This document shows positions 38,258 to 47,572 of a stretch of DNA of 59,048 bases, piece by piece. Within the stretch, counting starts at the first letter, position 1, and every line of letters starts with the position of its first letter. Location of the stretch: IMG/VR virus record IMGVR_UViG_3300025030_000116, positions 1-59,048 of that record. One strand, given 5' to 3'. The notes under the pieces were generated by a model. That model ran no database searches and was not told the origin of the DNA. It saw nothing but the letters and a program-made list of their open reading frames with translations. Made by a program: the position numbers and the translations under genes. The stretch comes from a virus (taxonomy: Duplodnaviria; Caudoviricetes).

Positions 38258-39178
38258 ATGGCATTACCGGAAGCAGGAACGAAGGACGCCCTCAAGGGCA
38301 AGTTGGCAGCAAAGGCAGGGGGAGACATTGCTCCCAAGCAGGACAACACGCTGGGCGGCTTCCTGGAGCGCACCAAGGGCGAGTGGTCGAAGGCGCTCCC
38401 GCAACACGTTACGGCTGACCGCTTGATGAGGATCGCGGTGTCGGCGGTGAACAGAAACCCGAATCTCGCAAAATGTACCATGCAGTCTCTCGTCGCCGGT
38501 GTCGTCATTTCCAGCCAGCTCGGCCTGGAGCTGAACACCCCCCTCGGCCACGCCTACCTTATTCCCTACTCCCGCTCGGTCAAAGTCGGCAACGAGTGGA
38601 AGAAGGTTGACGAGGCTCAGTTCCAGCTCGGCTATGCCGGCATCCTGGATCTCGCCTACCGTTCCGGCCAGTTCAAGGGGATCTATTCGGAATCCGTCTA
38701 CGAGAATGACGAGTTCTCCTACGAGTACGGCTACGACAAGTCCCTGAAGCACAAGCCCACCGAAGGCGAACCCGGCTTACTGAAGGGCGTCTATGCAGTC
38801 TTCCACCTCAAGGATGGCGGCAGCGACTTCAAATACTGGAGCGTTGCAAAGATCATGGCTCACGCCGCCAAGTATTCCGGCGCATGGGATGCGGCAGCCG
38901 GGAAGTTCAAGGCCAAATCTTCCTGGGCTGACAGCTTTGAAGGAATGGCAAAGGTTCCGGTCCTCAAGGATCTGCTGAAACTGGCTCCCAAGAGCATCGA
39001 GTTCCAGAAGCAGCTCACCCTGGACAACTCCGTCAAGACCGAGTTCAAGGCCGATATGGTCGAGGCGTCGGGGATCGAGGTCGAGTATTCGATAGTTGAC
39101 CAGGATACCGGCGAATTGCCCATGACCGCCGAGGAGAAAAAAGGGGAAGGCGCAGAGCCTCTTTTCGACGCCAAGTAG
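38258..39178 (+). CDS. recT: RecT single-strand annealing protein
   Basis: ALP.H....RL.R.A, LGLE...LG.AYLIPY, AQFQLGY.G...LA.RSG, VYEND.F. Confidence 0.93.
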   Translation: MALPEAGTKDALKGKLAAKAGGDIAPKQDNTLGGFLERTKGEWSKALPQHVTADRLMRIAVSAVNRNPNLAKCTMQSLVAGVVISSQLGLELNTPLGHAYLIPYSRSVKVGNEWKKVDEAQFQLGYAGILDLAYRSGQFKGIYSESVYENDEFSYEYGYDKSLKHKPTEGEPGLLKGVYAVFHLKDGGSDFKYWSVAKIMAHAAKYSGAWDAAAGKFKAKSSWADSFEGMAKVPVLKDLLKLAPKSIEFQKQLTLDNSVKTEFKADMVEASGIEVEYSIVDQDTGELPMTAEEKKGEGAEPLFDAK

Positions 39179-39263
39179 TACAACTTTGTAGTATTTTTTA
39201 CGCTACCATGTGGCGGGGCGGATGACTTAGGCCGTCCGTCCCGCGCAATAGGAGAAAGTTAAC

Positions 39264-39662
39264 ATGGCGACATTAGGCGCAAGAGTAGACGAAGCCTTTT
39301 TCAAGAGAGTAACTGCGGCGGCAAACGCATTGGGAATGAAGGTAAGCGGATTCTTGACGGCAGCAGTAGAAGAGAAAATGGCGGCGCCTGCCGGTAATGC
39401 CAGACAGTATTCCTTGCTCGACACAGGGAACAACGTGCGTCACGGCGCACAGCGGGAGCAGATCCGGATGGTCATGGTGGATGGCGCCTGGCGGTCGCTC
39501 CCCGATATTGCAACAGCAATAAATGCTTCTGACGCCTCGATCCCTTCCATATCGGCCCGGCTGCGGGATCTTCGCAAGCCCGAGTTCGGGAGCTATACGG
39601 TGGACAAGAGGCAGCCGAGGAAGGGCTACTTTGAATACTGCGTCAAAGGGGGGAAGCAGTAA
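39264..39662 (+). CDS. DNA-binding protein (RHH-like N-terminus, HTH-like C-terminus)
   Basis: TLGARVD...; SISARLRDLRK..FG...V. Confidence 0.6.
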   Translation: MATLGARVDEAFFKRVTAAANALGMKVSGFLTAAVEEKMAAPAGNARQYSLLDTGNNVRHGAQREQIRMVMVDGAWRSLPDIATAINASDASIPSISARLRDLRKPEFGSYTVDKRQPRKGYFEYCVKGGKQ

Positions 39663-39883
39663 TGGCGGAGTTCCTCCTCTGGAAAACCCGGAATGGCCCT
39701 CGCCCTCACCTCTGGAAAGCCCGGAATGAAATCATGATGGCCTCACGAAGAGACGAGTTCGTTGCCGGTCGCCTGAAGGTTGCAGGCGAACTAGGGATGA
39801 CCGGGGATGCCTGCTTTGTCTTCTTGGCAGCAGAACTCATGAAGGACCGGGAGGCCCGCAGAAGTAAGGATCAAATACCTTGA
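39662..39883 (+). CDS. Hypothetical protein
   Basis: Translationally coupled ORF. Confidence 0.5.
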   Translation: MAEFLLWKTRNGPRPHLWKARNEIMMASRRDEFVAGRLKVAGELGMTGDACFVFLAAELMKDREARRSKDQIP

Positions 39884-39940
39884 GGCCCGCAACATGGGCC
39901 TGTTCGACAAAATCAAAATCTGGATTGGAGGGAAGTTAAC

Positions 39941-40318
39941 ATGGCGAAAGGCGTAAATTTCACGTTTCATGGCCGCCTCGGCAAAGACCCCGAATTGAAG
40001 TATGTCGGGGCCAAACAAACCCCCTGCACCAACTTCCGTGTTGCCGTCAACATGGGCGAGGCTCAAGGCACCGAATGGATCGACTGCGTTGCCTGGGGCG
40101 AGGTCGCCCTCGGGGTGGCTGAACAGTTCAAGAAGGGAGACAAGATCTGGATCAAGGACTCCGGCCCCAAGACCAACAGGTGGGAGTACCAGGGGAAGTC
40201 CTACGAGAAGATGCAGTTCGTCATCTGGTCCTTTGCTGGCGAGGAATCGGCTGAAGGCGAGGCAGGCGAAGCGGCAGGCGGCGCCCCAGACCAGGGCGAC
40301 CAGGAGATACCGTTCTAA
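39941..40318 (+). CDS. ssb: Single-stranded DNA-binding protein
   Basis: GRLGKDPELKY, F.VAV, TEW..CVAWG, KKG; acidic tail ending EIPF. Confidence 0.92.
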   Translation: MAKGVNFTFHGRLGKDPELKYVGAKQTPCTNFRVAVNMGEAQGTEWIDCVAWGEVALGVAEQFKKGDKIWIKDSGPKTNRWEYQGKSYEKMQFVIWSFAGEESAEGEAGEAAGGAPDQGDQEIPF

Positions 40319-40698
40319 TGGACAAAGGCATTGCAGAAGGTAGCCGCATGATATTCCCGCTCTGTGGCATCACTTATGCCGACTGCATCAGCGTGTCCGG
40401 GGTTAATCAGAGGGATGCGGCCAAGAAGCTTGGCGTCAGCGAACGTCAGTTCCACGCCGTAATCAAGCGGCTCGGAATGGGTCACTGGTATCCCGACGTT
40501 CGGCCCCGGTCGCGCTGCATCTCCAAAGAGGACATCATCAAGGTGGCGGGAGAGAGGTACACCCGCAGGGATTCAGCGCATATCCTCGGCGTCAGCTACG
40601 CCTACCTGAAGGATCTCATTGAGGAGTGGAAGCTTCAGGAGTATTTCATCAGCAGCTCGGACGCGAAGAGAATTGCCGTCAAGGGTTACTGCAACTAA
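40318..40698 (+). CDS. Tandem HTH DNA-binding protein
   Basis: QRDAAKKLGVS and RRDSAHILGVS. Confidence 0.65.
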   Translation: MDKGIAEGSRMIFPLCGITYADCISVSGVNQRDAAKKLGVSERQFHAVIKRLGMGHWYPDVRPRSRCISKEDIIKVAGERYTRRDSAHILGVSYAYLKDLIEEWKLQEYFISSSDAKRIAVKGYCN

Positions 40699-40711
40699 AG
40701 GAGTTAACGCA

Positions 40712-41131
40712 ATGGGATGCATGAAACACAATTTCCAGTTATCCGACCCGTGCCCTCTCTGTTACCCCTCTGCCTACAACATACCCAGAGGCTCGATAAC
40801 CGCCAAACCGGAGGAAGCAGACGCGCCCAAGAACGACCAAGGCAAGGCCCGCTACGACCTTATCCCCGCTCATGCCCTAGAGGCGCTGGCGAAGGTTTAC
40901 ATGAACGGCGCAGGGGCCGAATACCCTGAGAACTCTTGGCGTAAGGGGTTCCGCTATACCCGCATTTTCTCGGCGGCGATGCGACACCTGTGGGCCTGGA
41001 TGCGAGGGGAAGAGCTTGACCCCAAGACTCGCTTGCCTCACACGATCCACGCCGCATGGAACTGTTTCACGTTGTTCGAGATGGGGCGAACCGGCAAGGG
41101 AACCGATGACCGCTGGAAGGAGGAAATATGA
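40712..41131 (+). CDS. dATP/dGTP diphosphohydrolase-domain protein (DUF5664-like)
   Basis: KND.GK.RYDLIP, GA..Y...SW.KG, AAMRHL..W..GE..DP...LPH..HAAWN. Confidence 0.85.
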   Translation: MGCMKHNFQLSDPCPLCYPSAYNIPRGSITAKPEEADAPKNDQGKARYDLIPAHALEALAKVYMNGAGAEYPENSWRKGFRYTRIFSAAMRHLWAWMRGEELDPKTRLPHTIHAAWNCFTLFEMGRTGKGTDDRWKEEI

Positions 41132-41442
41132 AAGCATGTCAAGGGAAGGTCGTTTATATCAGCGGGTCAATATCTTTGGACCCGAATTTCAAGGAGAAAT
41201 TTCGCCGTGCGGCAATGTCGGTTATGGATGCTGGCGCTAAAAGGTGCCTCAACCCCGCCGAACTCCCCGCAGGATGGGACTATGGGGAATACATGGACCA
41301 CTGCATGTTGATGGTTCGCCGTTCCGAGGTGCTTGTTATGCTGCCATGTTGGCGATCTTCCCCAGGGGCAAAGGCAGAGAAGGCGTTTGCCGAGAGTTTG
41401 CGGCTCACAGTAGTGGAACTGCCGACTGTCGGGGAGGCATAA
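41128..41442 (+). CDS. DUF4406 (nucleoside deoxyribosyltransferase-like) protein
   Basis: VYISG.I, LNPA.LP, YM..C, ML..W..S.GA..E. Confidence 0.85.
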   Translation: MKACQGKVVYISGSISLDPNFKEKFRRAAMSVMDAGAKRCLNPAELPAGWDYGEYMDHCMLMVRRSEVLVMLPCWRSSPGAKAEKAFAESLRLTVVELPTVGEA

Positions 41443-41630
41443 TGGGGCTCGTATCTCACAAAAGAAAACGACAGAGCAAGGGGCGAGATCCCGAAGGGCG
41501 CTACAGGTGTGTTTCCTTCCGAGTTAACTTGGAGGAAGAGGCGGCAATTGGCGCGATGGTCCCTGAGGGAGCCAACAAAAACACCTTTTTGCGCGATTTG
41601 GTTCTATCGGCAGCTCAATCCGTACAATAA
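41442..41630 (+). CDS. Small ribbon-helix-helix-like protein
   Basis: VSFRVN.EE...FLRDLVL; GGAGG RBS. Confidence 0.55.
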   Translation: MGLVSHKRKRQSKGRDPEGRYRCVSFRVNLEEEAAIGAMVPEGANKNTFLRDLVLSAAQSVQ

Positions 41631-41654
41631 AGTTGCAATTATTCTACAACCTTG

Positions 41655-41683
41655 TTGACGCCTGCGATTTTACATGCTACCGT
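41655..41683 (+). promoter_or_regulatory. Replication-operon promoter with overlapping operator-like sites
   Basis: TTGACG-17-TACCGT with TG extension; sites at 41625 and 41647. Confidence 0.55.
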
Positions 41684-41826
41684 CAGTCTTGTTTTCAAAT
41701 CTCAACCACATCTGGCGGGATGTGACTGCACGATATGGGTTCAAAGGGGGATCGCCCTCTTTACCCCAAACCCCCCTCAGAGGCCCGCCAGCCTTTGCGG
41801 GGGGTTTACTTTTTCCGGAGTCAGCA

Positions 41827-42564
41827 ATGAACCATTACCCCTTCTACGTTGGCGATTACATGCGTGACACAATGCACCTCACCAACGAGCAGGATCTTAT
41901 GTACCGGCGGGCAATCGACTACTGTTACATGACTGGTAGGCCGCTCCCTCTCGACAAAACCCAGTGGGTTAGCATCGGCAAAGCTTCAGGTCCGGTTTGG
42001 GTGGCGGCTATGGAGACTGTTATTGAGTCGTTCTTCAGGGTCAGGGAGGACGGGTACTACAACGACAGGATCGAGCGTGAGCTTGAGAAAATGAACAGGA
42101 AGGTTCAGGCTGCAAGGGATAACGGCAAGCTGGGTGGCCGCAAAAGAAACCCAGTTGATAACCCAGTAGGAACCCAGCCGGTTAGCGGATTGGTTGTCTC
42201 AGCCGTTGAAGTTGTCGAACCAGCCGCCCCACCTACCCTACCCCTCAAGCCCCCCCTGAAAAAGAAAGCCTCAATAGATGGAGACGAAGCCCTCTTTGAT
42301 GAGTTCTGGCAGGGATACCCGAAGAAATCTGCAAAGCCGGTGGCCCGTAGGGCATGGGACAAGCTGGGCGTTGATGCGCTCCTCTCGGCGCAAATAGTAC
42401 AGGCAGTGGAGAACTTCAAGCGCACGGAGCAATGGATGAAGGACGGCGGCCAGTTTATCCCGATGCCTGCGACCTGGTTGAATCAGCGGCGGTGGGAAGA
42501 TGAGATTGAAATATCCGGCGAGGTCGGGACCGGAGCAAGAGACATATTCTCGGGGGGAAGGTAG
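41827..42564 (+). CDS. Replication initiator (YdaU/DUF1376 family)
   Basis: MNHYPFYVGDYMRDT.HL, N.RI..E, NGKLGGR; C-terminal F.EFW..YPKK..K..A..AW and P.TWLN..RW.D. Confidence 0.85.
   Translation: MNHYPFYVGDYMRDTMHLTNEQDLMYRRAIDYCYMTGRPLPLDKTQWVSIGKASGPVWVAAMETVIESFFRVREDGYYNDRIERELEKMNRKVQAARDNGKLGGRKRNPVDNPVGTQPVSGLVVSAVEVVEPAAPPTLPLKPPLKKKASIDGDEALFDEFWQGYPKKSAKPVARRAWDKLGVDALLSAQIVQAVENFKRTEQWMKDGGQFIPMPATWLNQRRWEDEIEISGEVGTGARDIFSGGR
42148..42190 (+). other. Putative replication origin iterons inside the initiator gene
   Basis: AACCCAG at 42148, 42160 and 42171. Confidence 0.5.
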
Positions 42565-42566
42565 AG

Positions 42567-44507
42567 ATGTCGATGTTAACAATCAGTGAGATAGTAGGAA
42601 TGATGAACAACCACGCAGAGCAGATTGCCAAGGAATTGCTACCGAATGGCAAGCTTGAGGGGCGCGAGTGGGTTGTTGGCGGCATCGGCGGGACGGCGGG
42701 ACGGTCCATGAAGGTCTGCGTATCAGGTTCCAAGGTTGGGATATGGAGCGACTTTGCAGCGGGAGGTGAAAGCGGCGACCTGTTAGACCTGTGGCGGGAA
42801 GTCCGCAACTTCTCCAATAACCGGGACGCCCTGGTGGAAGTCAAAGCGTACCTGGGAATAAAAGACCCTGCATTTGAGCCAATGAAGCAGAAGGAGTACC
42901 GGCGCCCTGTCACGCCAAAGGATGCCAAGAAGATCGTCGCAGGTTCAAAGGTGATGGACTACCTGATAGGCGTAAGGAAGTTAACACCGGAAGCGATAGC
43001 CGCGTACAGGATCGGAGAGATTGCCCAGGTGGGACCGTGGGAGAGTTGGAACAAAAAGAAAAATGGTGATCCGGCTACTGCGTGGAAGGGTCCGTGGATC
43101 GTCTTTCCGTTCTTCCGTGGCGGCGAACTGCTGAACATCAAATACCTGCACGTTGACCGCCCGGACGGCAAGAAGCAGACCCTCGTTGAATCCAACTGTG
43201 AGCCTACCTGTTTCGGCTGGCATGTAATACCCAAGGACGCCCGCGAGATAACCATTTGCGAAGGAGAGATTGACGCGCCCAGCCTCTATGTGTATGGCCG
43301 CCCTGCCCTCTCGGTCCCCTTCGGCGGAGGCAAGGGCGATAAGCAGCAATGGGTCAACTGGGACTGGGAATACCTGGAGACGATGGAAACGATCTACCTT
43401 TGCCTTGACGATGACGAGGAAGGCAAGATTGCTACGGCGGAACTGATAGGGCGCCTTGGTGTCCACCGCTGCAAGATCGTCACGCTGCCGAGGAAGGATG
43501 CAAACCTTTGCCTCATGGACGGCGTACCCAAGGAGGAGATTGACAAGGCGTTTGCGAACGCGGTCATGATCGAGCCTGACGAGTTAAAGAGAGCAAACTA
43601 CTACACCGCCGATGTCCAGTCAGAGTTCTACCCCTCCGGCGGGAAGCTACCAGGCTTCGACATGCCCTGGCTGAAAATCCCCTTTCGCTTTCTCCGTGGC
43701 GAAGTATCAACCTACACCGGCATTAACGGCCACGGCAAGAGCTTACTACTCGGCCAGATCATCATCGCCGCCGGGATGCAGGATGAGCGGAGTTGTGTTG
43801 CTTCCATGGAGATGCACCCCAAGAAAACCCTTTACCGTATGGTCCGGCAGGCAACCGGTAAGAAGATCCCCGAGCGGGAGGCGATTGCTTCCTGCCTTGA
43901 TTGGATGTCCGACAAGCTCTGGCTGTTCGACCTGGTTGGCACCGGAAAGACAGTGCGGCTGCTGGAGGTCTTTGAATTTGCCTACCGCCGTCATGGGATC
44001 AAGCAATTCGTGATCGACTCCCTGATGAAGTGCGGGATCGCAGAAGACGACTACAAGGGGCAGAAGGCGTTTATCGAGAAATTGTGCGACTTCGTTCAGC
44101 GCACCGGCTGTCATATCCATTTGGTAGCTCATGCCCGTAAAGGCGAGAACGAGGGCGCAGCCCCAGGCAAACTCGACATCAAGGGGACCGGCGCCATAAG
44201 CGACTTGGTTTTCAATTGCTTCACGGTCTGGAGGAATAAGGGCAAAGAGGAGATAGTCAAGGCCCATAAGGACGGTGAAAAGTTCGATCTACCCAAGGGC
44301 AAGACGCTTGAGGACATACAGAACCAGCCGGACGCACTGTTAACTTGTGACAAGGCTAGAAACGTGGAAGATTCCGAGGGCAAGTATTTCCTTTGGTACG
44401 ACGCGCCCTCTATGCAGTATTTGGAGCGTCCCGGTGACAGGGTGATTCAATACTTCAAGGTCGCCGGCTCCCCCGGTCTTTACGCCGATCTCCCCCCGGA
44501 CTTTTAG
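42567..44507 (+). CDS. Primase-helicase (TOPRIM plus SF4 helicase, T7 gp4/Twinkle-like)
   Basis: ICEGEIDA, LDDDEEG, KDAN; TGINGHGKS, VIDSL, HLVAH.RK, IKG.G.I.D. Confidence 0.92.
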   Translation: MSMLTISEIVGMMNNHAEQIAKELLPNGKLEGREWVVGGIGGTAGRSMKVCVSGSKVGIWSDFAAGGESGDLLDLWREVRNFSNNRDALVEVKAYLGIKDPAFEPMKQKEYRRPVTPKDAKKIVAGSKVMDYLIGVRKLTPEAIAAYRIGEIAQVGPWESWNKKKNGDPATAWKGPWIVFPFFRGGELLNIKYLHVDRPDGKKQTLVESNCEPTCFGWHVIPKDAREITICEGEIDAPSLYVYGRPALSVPFGGGKGDKQQWVNWDWEYLETMETIYLCLDDDEEGKIATAELIGRLGVHRCKIVTLPRKDANLCLMDGVPKEEIDKAFANAVMIEPDELKRANYYTADVQSEFYPSGGKLPGFDMPWLKIPFRFLRGEVSTYTGINGHGKSLLLGQIIIAAGMQDERSCVASMEMHPKKTLYRMVRQATGKKIPEREAIASCLDWMSDKLWLFDLVGTGKTVRLLEVFEFAYRRHGIKQFVIDSLMKCGIAEDDYKGQKAFIEKLCDFVQRTGCHIHLVAHARKGENEGAAPGKLDIKGTGAISDLVFNCFTVWRNKGKEEIVKAHKDGEKFDLPKGKTLEDIQNQPDALLTCDKARNVEDSEGKYFLWYDAPSMQYLERPGDRVIQYFKVAGSPGLYADLPPDF

Positions 44508-44509
44508 GC

Positions 44510-44764
44510 ATGGACGCTATCACGATCCAGGCAAAAGTTAACGGGACATGGCAGCCGGTCGATTTCGGGCGCTATGGAAACGACATACCCGGCACGCTGG
44601 GGCAGATGAACGGGGCGGAGGTCATCATCAAATGGGAGCAGGCCGGAGAGGATTGCCGGTACTACTGCGGCACCCTCCCCCTCGCCAAAGCGATGAGACT
44701 AAAGACGAAGCATGTGTTAACAATTACCGAGTTGTTAGAAATCTACCATAGGAGGAAGAGGTGA
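44510..44764 (+). CDS. Hypothetical protein
   Basis: ORF in the operon. Confidence 0.55.
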   Translation: MDAITIQAKVNGTWQPVDFGRYGNDIPGTLGQMNGAEVIIKWEQAGEDCRYYCGTLPLAKAMRLKTKHVLTITELLEIYHRRKR

Positions 44765-44940
44765 AAAAACCGAGACTGCTTTACTATGAAGAAGGCGAGA
44801 ACGCATGGATACCAGCACCGGACCACGTTGAGAACCTGATCGACGTTGCCGAATCAATGACAGACGGCGAAGTGGTGGAGTTGCGGTTTAAGCGGTTCGA
44901 CATGACGGATGAAGAATTCGATAGCCTCCCGGAGTCCTAA
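44761..44940 (+). CDS. Small acidic hypothetical protein
   Basis: AGGAGG RBS, GTG start, MKKPRLLYYEEGENAW... Confidence 0.6.
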   Translation: MKKPRLLYYEEGENAWIPAPDHVENLIDVAESMTDGEVVELRFKRFDMTDEEFDSLPES

Positions 44941-44943
44941 GAT

Positions 44944-45255
44944 ATGAGAGCGCACCTGAAGGTTGGAGAGAAATGGGTAGTCGAGGAGTTACCCGCCGAC
45001 CCCGAGCAGATATTGAAATGGCTTTGGAACCATGACGGCCAGCAGGTTGTCGTGGCTGACGATGAAAACCAGACTTACTACTGCGCCAGGGAGACGGAAT
45101 TGCTTCTTTACCAGGAAAAAGGAAAAAAGGCGGAGATGTTCATTGTCCTGGGCAAGATGCTGTTCGACAACATGAGCACCATTCAGCTAACTTTCTCAGC
45201 AGTAAATGAAGTTTTCCCAGATGCGGTCCTGGAATCCGTAACACAATTGTGTTGA
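44944..45255 (+). CDS. Hypothetical protein
   Basis: ORF in the operon; similar composition to 44510-44764. Confidence 0.55.
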   Translation: MRAHLKVGEKWVVEELPADPEQILKWLWNHDGQQVVVADDENQTYYCARETELLLYQEKGKKAEMFIVLGKMLFDNMSTIQLTFSAVNEVFPDAVLESVTQLC

Positions 45256-45279
45256 CAATTCCATCCTAGTTGGTAGAAT
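45252..45279 (+). promoter_or_regulatory. Promoter with operator-like variant in the spacer
   Basis: TTGACA-16-TAGAAT; CATCCTAGTTG at 45262. Confidence 0.6.
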
Positions 45280-45318
45280 ATATCAACCTACAATGCAGAC
45301 GAGCAAAGGAGATTTTCA

Positions 45319-45696
45319 ATGGAAGAGAAGGCCGAAGTCACGGAGAGCAAGCGGTTCAACATGTTGGCACTGCTGGGCGAAAGGCCCGACAGGGAAACGT
45401 TCAGAGCAGGCGGCTTCATCGACAAGAAAGGCAAAGTTCTCGACGCTATCCGCGCCGACCTCGAAGACCGCGCAGCCAGCGATGAGGAGTTCAACAACAA
45501 GCTGCTCGACTGCGAGCTGGGTTTCGGTTGCGAGGGCGACGAAAGGTATCTCCTCCCGTTCCTCTTCGAACTGTCGCACAGCAAGGGCAAGGACGACACC
45601 CTCAAGAGTTTGACTTCCGCCGTAGAGGTAGCGACCGTCCACATCAGAAAGCTCAATGCCGAGATCGCAGAACTGAAGGCGGCACAGCAGCAGTAA
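45319..45696 (+). CDS. Hypothetical protein
   Basis: AAGGAG RBS; strong codon bias. Confidence 0.7.
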   Translation: MEEKAEVTESKRFNMLALLGERPDRETFRAGGFIDKKGKVLDAIRADLEDRAASDEEFNNKLLDCELGFGCEGDERYLLPFLFELSHSKGKDDTLKSLTSAVEVATVHIRKLNAEIAELKAAQQQ

Positions 45697-45720
45697 AACC
45701 CAAAGACCAAAGGAGGCATT

Positions 45721-45999
45721 ATGACAAGGCAAAGTTCGATTGCAGCAGTGGCAGCCACGGCAGGTATCACCCATGCACAGGCCAAAAAGGCCATCAAGGC
45801 GGCGTTTGATCTCGTCCTGACGGATACGTATGCCGGGGAGAAGATCAGCGTTCACGGGTTCGGCACCTTCGAGATGAAGGACGTTAAGGCGAGGAAGGGC
45901 GTCAACCCTCAGACCGGCAAGCCCATCGAGATCGCCGCGAAAAGGACGCTCCGATTCAAGTTCTCCAAGAGCGCCGAGGACAAGATCAACGAGAAGTAG
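45721..45999 (+). CDS. HU/IHF family DNA-binding protein
   Basis: GFGTF....ARKGVNPQTG..I.I.A.....FK. Confidence 0.92.
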   Translation: MTRQSSIAAVAATAGITHAQAKKAIKAAFDLVLTDTYAGEKISVHGFGTFEMKDVKARKGVNPQTGKPIEIAAKRTLRFKFSKSAEDKINEK

Positions 46000-46071
46000 C
46001 CTACCCCGCTCGACCATTTCCGTGACGTTAAAGAAATGGTCGAGCGGGCGTTAAGCCGGAGAGGGGGAGCG

Positions 46072-46368
46072 GTGGACATGACAAGATTGCAGGAATTAGC
46101 ATCGTGCGCTGTGCCAGATTACAAGATGGTATCGGTCGGTTGCGGGGATTTACGCGCGCTCATTGCCGAGGTGGAGCGGCTGACGGCTGAGAACGCCACG
46201 CTCAAAGACATGGAGCTTATCTACTCCAATCGCATGGGCGAACTGGCGCAGCTGTCGGATATCGTTTGCACATGGGTGCTGGAAAATCGAGAGTTGGCGT
46301 ACATGCCCGATGATGTGGGTGAGGCTGCCGACGAAATCATGGAGTACGTTGAGGCGGTGCGGCCATGA
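46072..46368 (+). CDS. Cassette gene X1 (Ead/Ea22-like segment), ends EAVRP
   Basis: ALIAEVERL..EN; ends in the conserved linker. Confidence 0.65.
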   Translation: MDMTRLQELASCAVPDYKMVSVGCGDLRALIAEVERLTAENATLKDMELIYSNRMGELAQLSDIVCTWVLENRELAYMPDDVGEAADEIMEYVEAVRP

Positions 46369-46493
46369 GCGCGCAGGCAATGGTAGGCGTCGGTTTGGCA
46401 ATAACTGCCGGAGTTGCAGCAGCGCGCCATCACCCTGTTGCAGCAACAGTCATCGCGCTTATTGCAGGGATCACTGCTTGCGGTAGGTGGTAG
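46365..46493 (+). CDS. Cassette gene Y1, small membrane protein (42 aa)
   Basis: MSAQAMVGVGLAITAGVAAARHHPVAATVIALIAGITACGRW; starts in the linker. Confidence 0.5.
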   Translation: MSAQAMVGVGLAITAGVAAARHHPVAATVIALIAGITACGRW

Positions 46494-46545
46494 GTTTAAC
46501 GGAATCGGGTTGTGGGCGCAGCACACGAACGAGGGGTTAATCGCA

Positions 46546-46917
46546 ATGAGCCTAGTCCACAAGAATTGCCGGATCGCCTACGGATGCACGCGAACGGTCT
46601 GGTTGATTGGTCCTTACGCCTTCAAGTTCCCGGCGGGGGCGGAGTGGCGGCTGTTCCTTTTAGGTCTTCTTGCAAACATGCAGGAACGGTTGTTCAGCCG
46701 CACCGGCTGGCCGGAACTTTGTCCTGTCATTTGGTCAATTCCTGGTGGGTGGCTGGTCGTGATGAAGCGAGTAAGGGTTTTGACAGAAGATGAGTTCGCT
46801 AACCTCGATTTAGAGAAATGGGTTGAGCGGGGGGATTACACGGTGCCCGCTGAAATAAAGCATGATTCATTTGGTTGGCTAGACGGGAAGTTGGTAGCTA
46901 TTGATTACGGCAATTGA
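46546..46917 (+). CDS. Inserted hypothetical gene (possibly kinase-like fold) flanked by GAGGGGTTAA
   Basis: G..R.V......FK.P, N.QE, VVMKR, FG...GKLVAIDYG. Confidence 0.6.
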   Translation: MSLVHKNCRIAYGCTRTVWLIGPYAFKFPAGAEWRLFLLGLLANMQERLFSRTGWPELCPVIWSIPGGWLVVMKRVRVLTEDEFANLDLEKWVERGDYTVPAEIKHDSFGWLDGKLVAIDYGN

Positions 46918-46941
46918 GGGGTTAAACCCTGGGAGGGAACG

Positions 46942-47271
46942 GTGGACTTAGCAGAGAGCAAAAGACTACAGGCGGCAATGAGCGATACAGCGACAGACGC
47001 CCACGACTACACCAGCGAGCGCATCAAGAACTCACATGGCTGGCTCATTGCCAAGGTGGAGGAGTTGGCGGAATTGGTAAAAGAAATGGTGACGAGTGCC
47101 GTAAACGTCCAACAGGGCGCACGCGACATGGTCAAGTTTTCCGATGACAGGGCGCTTGAGTACAAGCATGAAGTGGATCGACAGAATGTGTTGATTTTCG
47201 ACCTTCGCCAACAGGTGGAGTTCTGGTCAAAAGACGAACCGGCGGCAGAGGCAGAGGCGGTGCGGCCATGA
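46942..47271 (+). CDS. Cassette gene X2, ends EAVRP
   Basis: WLIAKVEEL; start region similar to X1. Confidence 0.65.
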   Translation: MDLAESKRLQAAMSDTATDAHDYTSERIKNSHGWLIAKVEELAELVKEMVTSAVNVQQGARDMVKFSDDRALEYKHEVDRQNVLIFDLRQQVEFWSKDEPAAEAEAVRP

Positions 47272-47513
47272 GCGGAGCGTCAACAGACACGGGCAAAATC
47301 ACGTTTCTCGGGCACAAAGAACAGACGGCCAAGGATTGCGAAGGGGTTGCTGAGATGCTTGTCACTCTCGCCAAGGATGTGCGCGAGGGGAACATGGCAG
47401 CGTTTGAGGGGTTCTGGTTCCAGGGAGGGACAGAGGAAGGCGATGCGCGAATATTGGAACTTCGGGAGCGGTTGCTGCTCCGGTATCTTCACCGTCAAGA
47501 ACAGGTGGTTTAA
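47268..47513 (+). CDS. Cassette gene Y2
   Basis: Starts in the linker; stop codon lies inside GTTTAAC. Confidence 0.65.
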   Translation: MSGASTDTGKITFLGHKEQTAKDCEGVAEMLVTLAKDVREGNMAAFEGFWFQGGTEEGDARILELRERLLLRYLHRQEQVV

Positions 47514-47572
47514 CGGAATCGAGCTGCCACGCGCAGCGGGACCAGCGAGGGGTTAAACCCTGGCGAGGAGGA

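Noticed and set aside
40712-41131. 2-aminoadenine (Z) genome pathway
   Set aside because: DUF5664-like gene only; no PurZ or phage DNA polymerase recognised
46494-47558. Bona fide integron
   Set aside because: Elements are shorter than typical attC with unconvincing L boxes, and the only integrase is a phage tRNA-targeting type; kept only as attC-like
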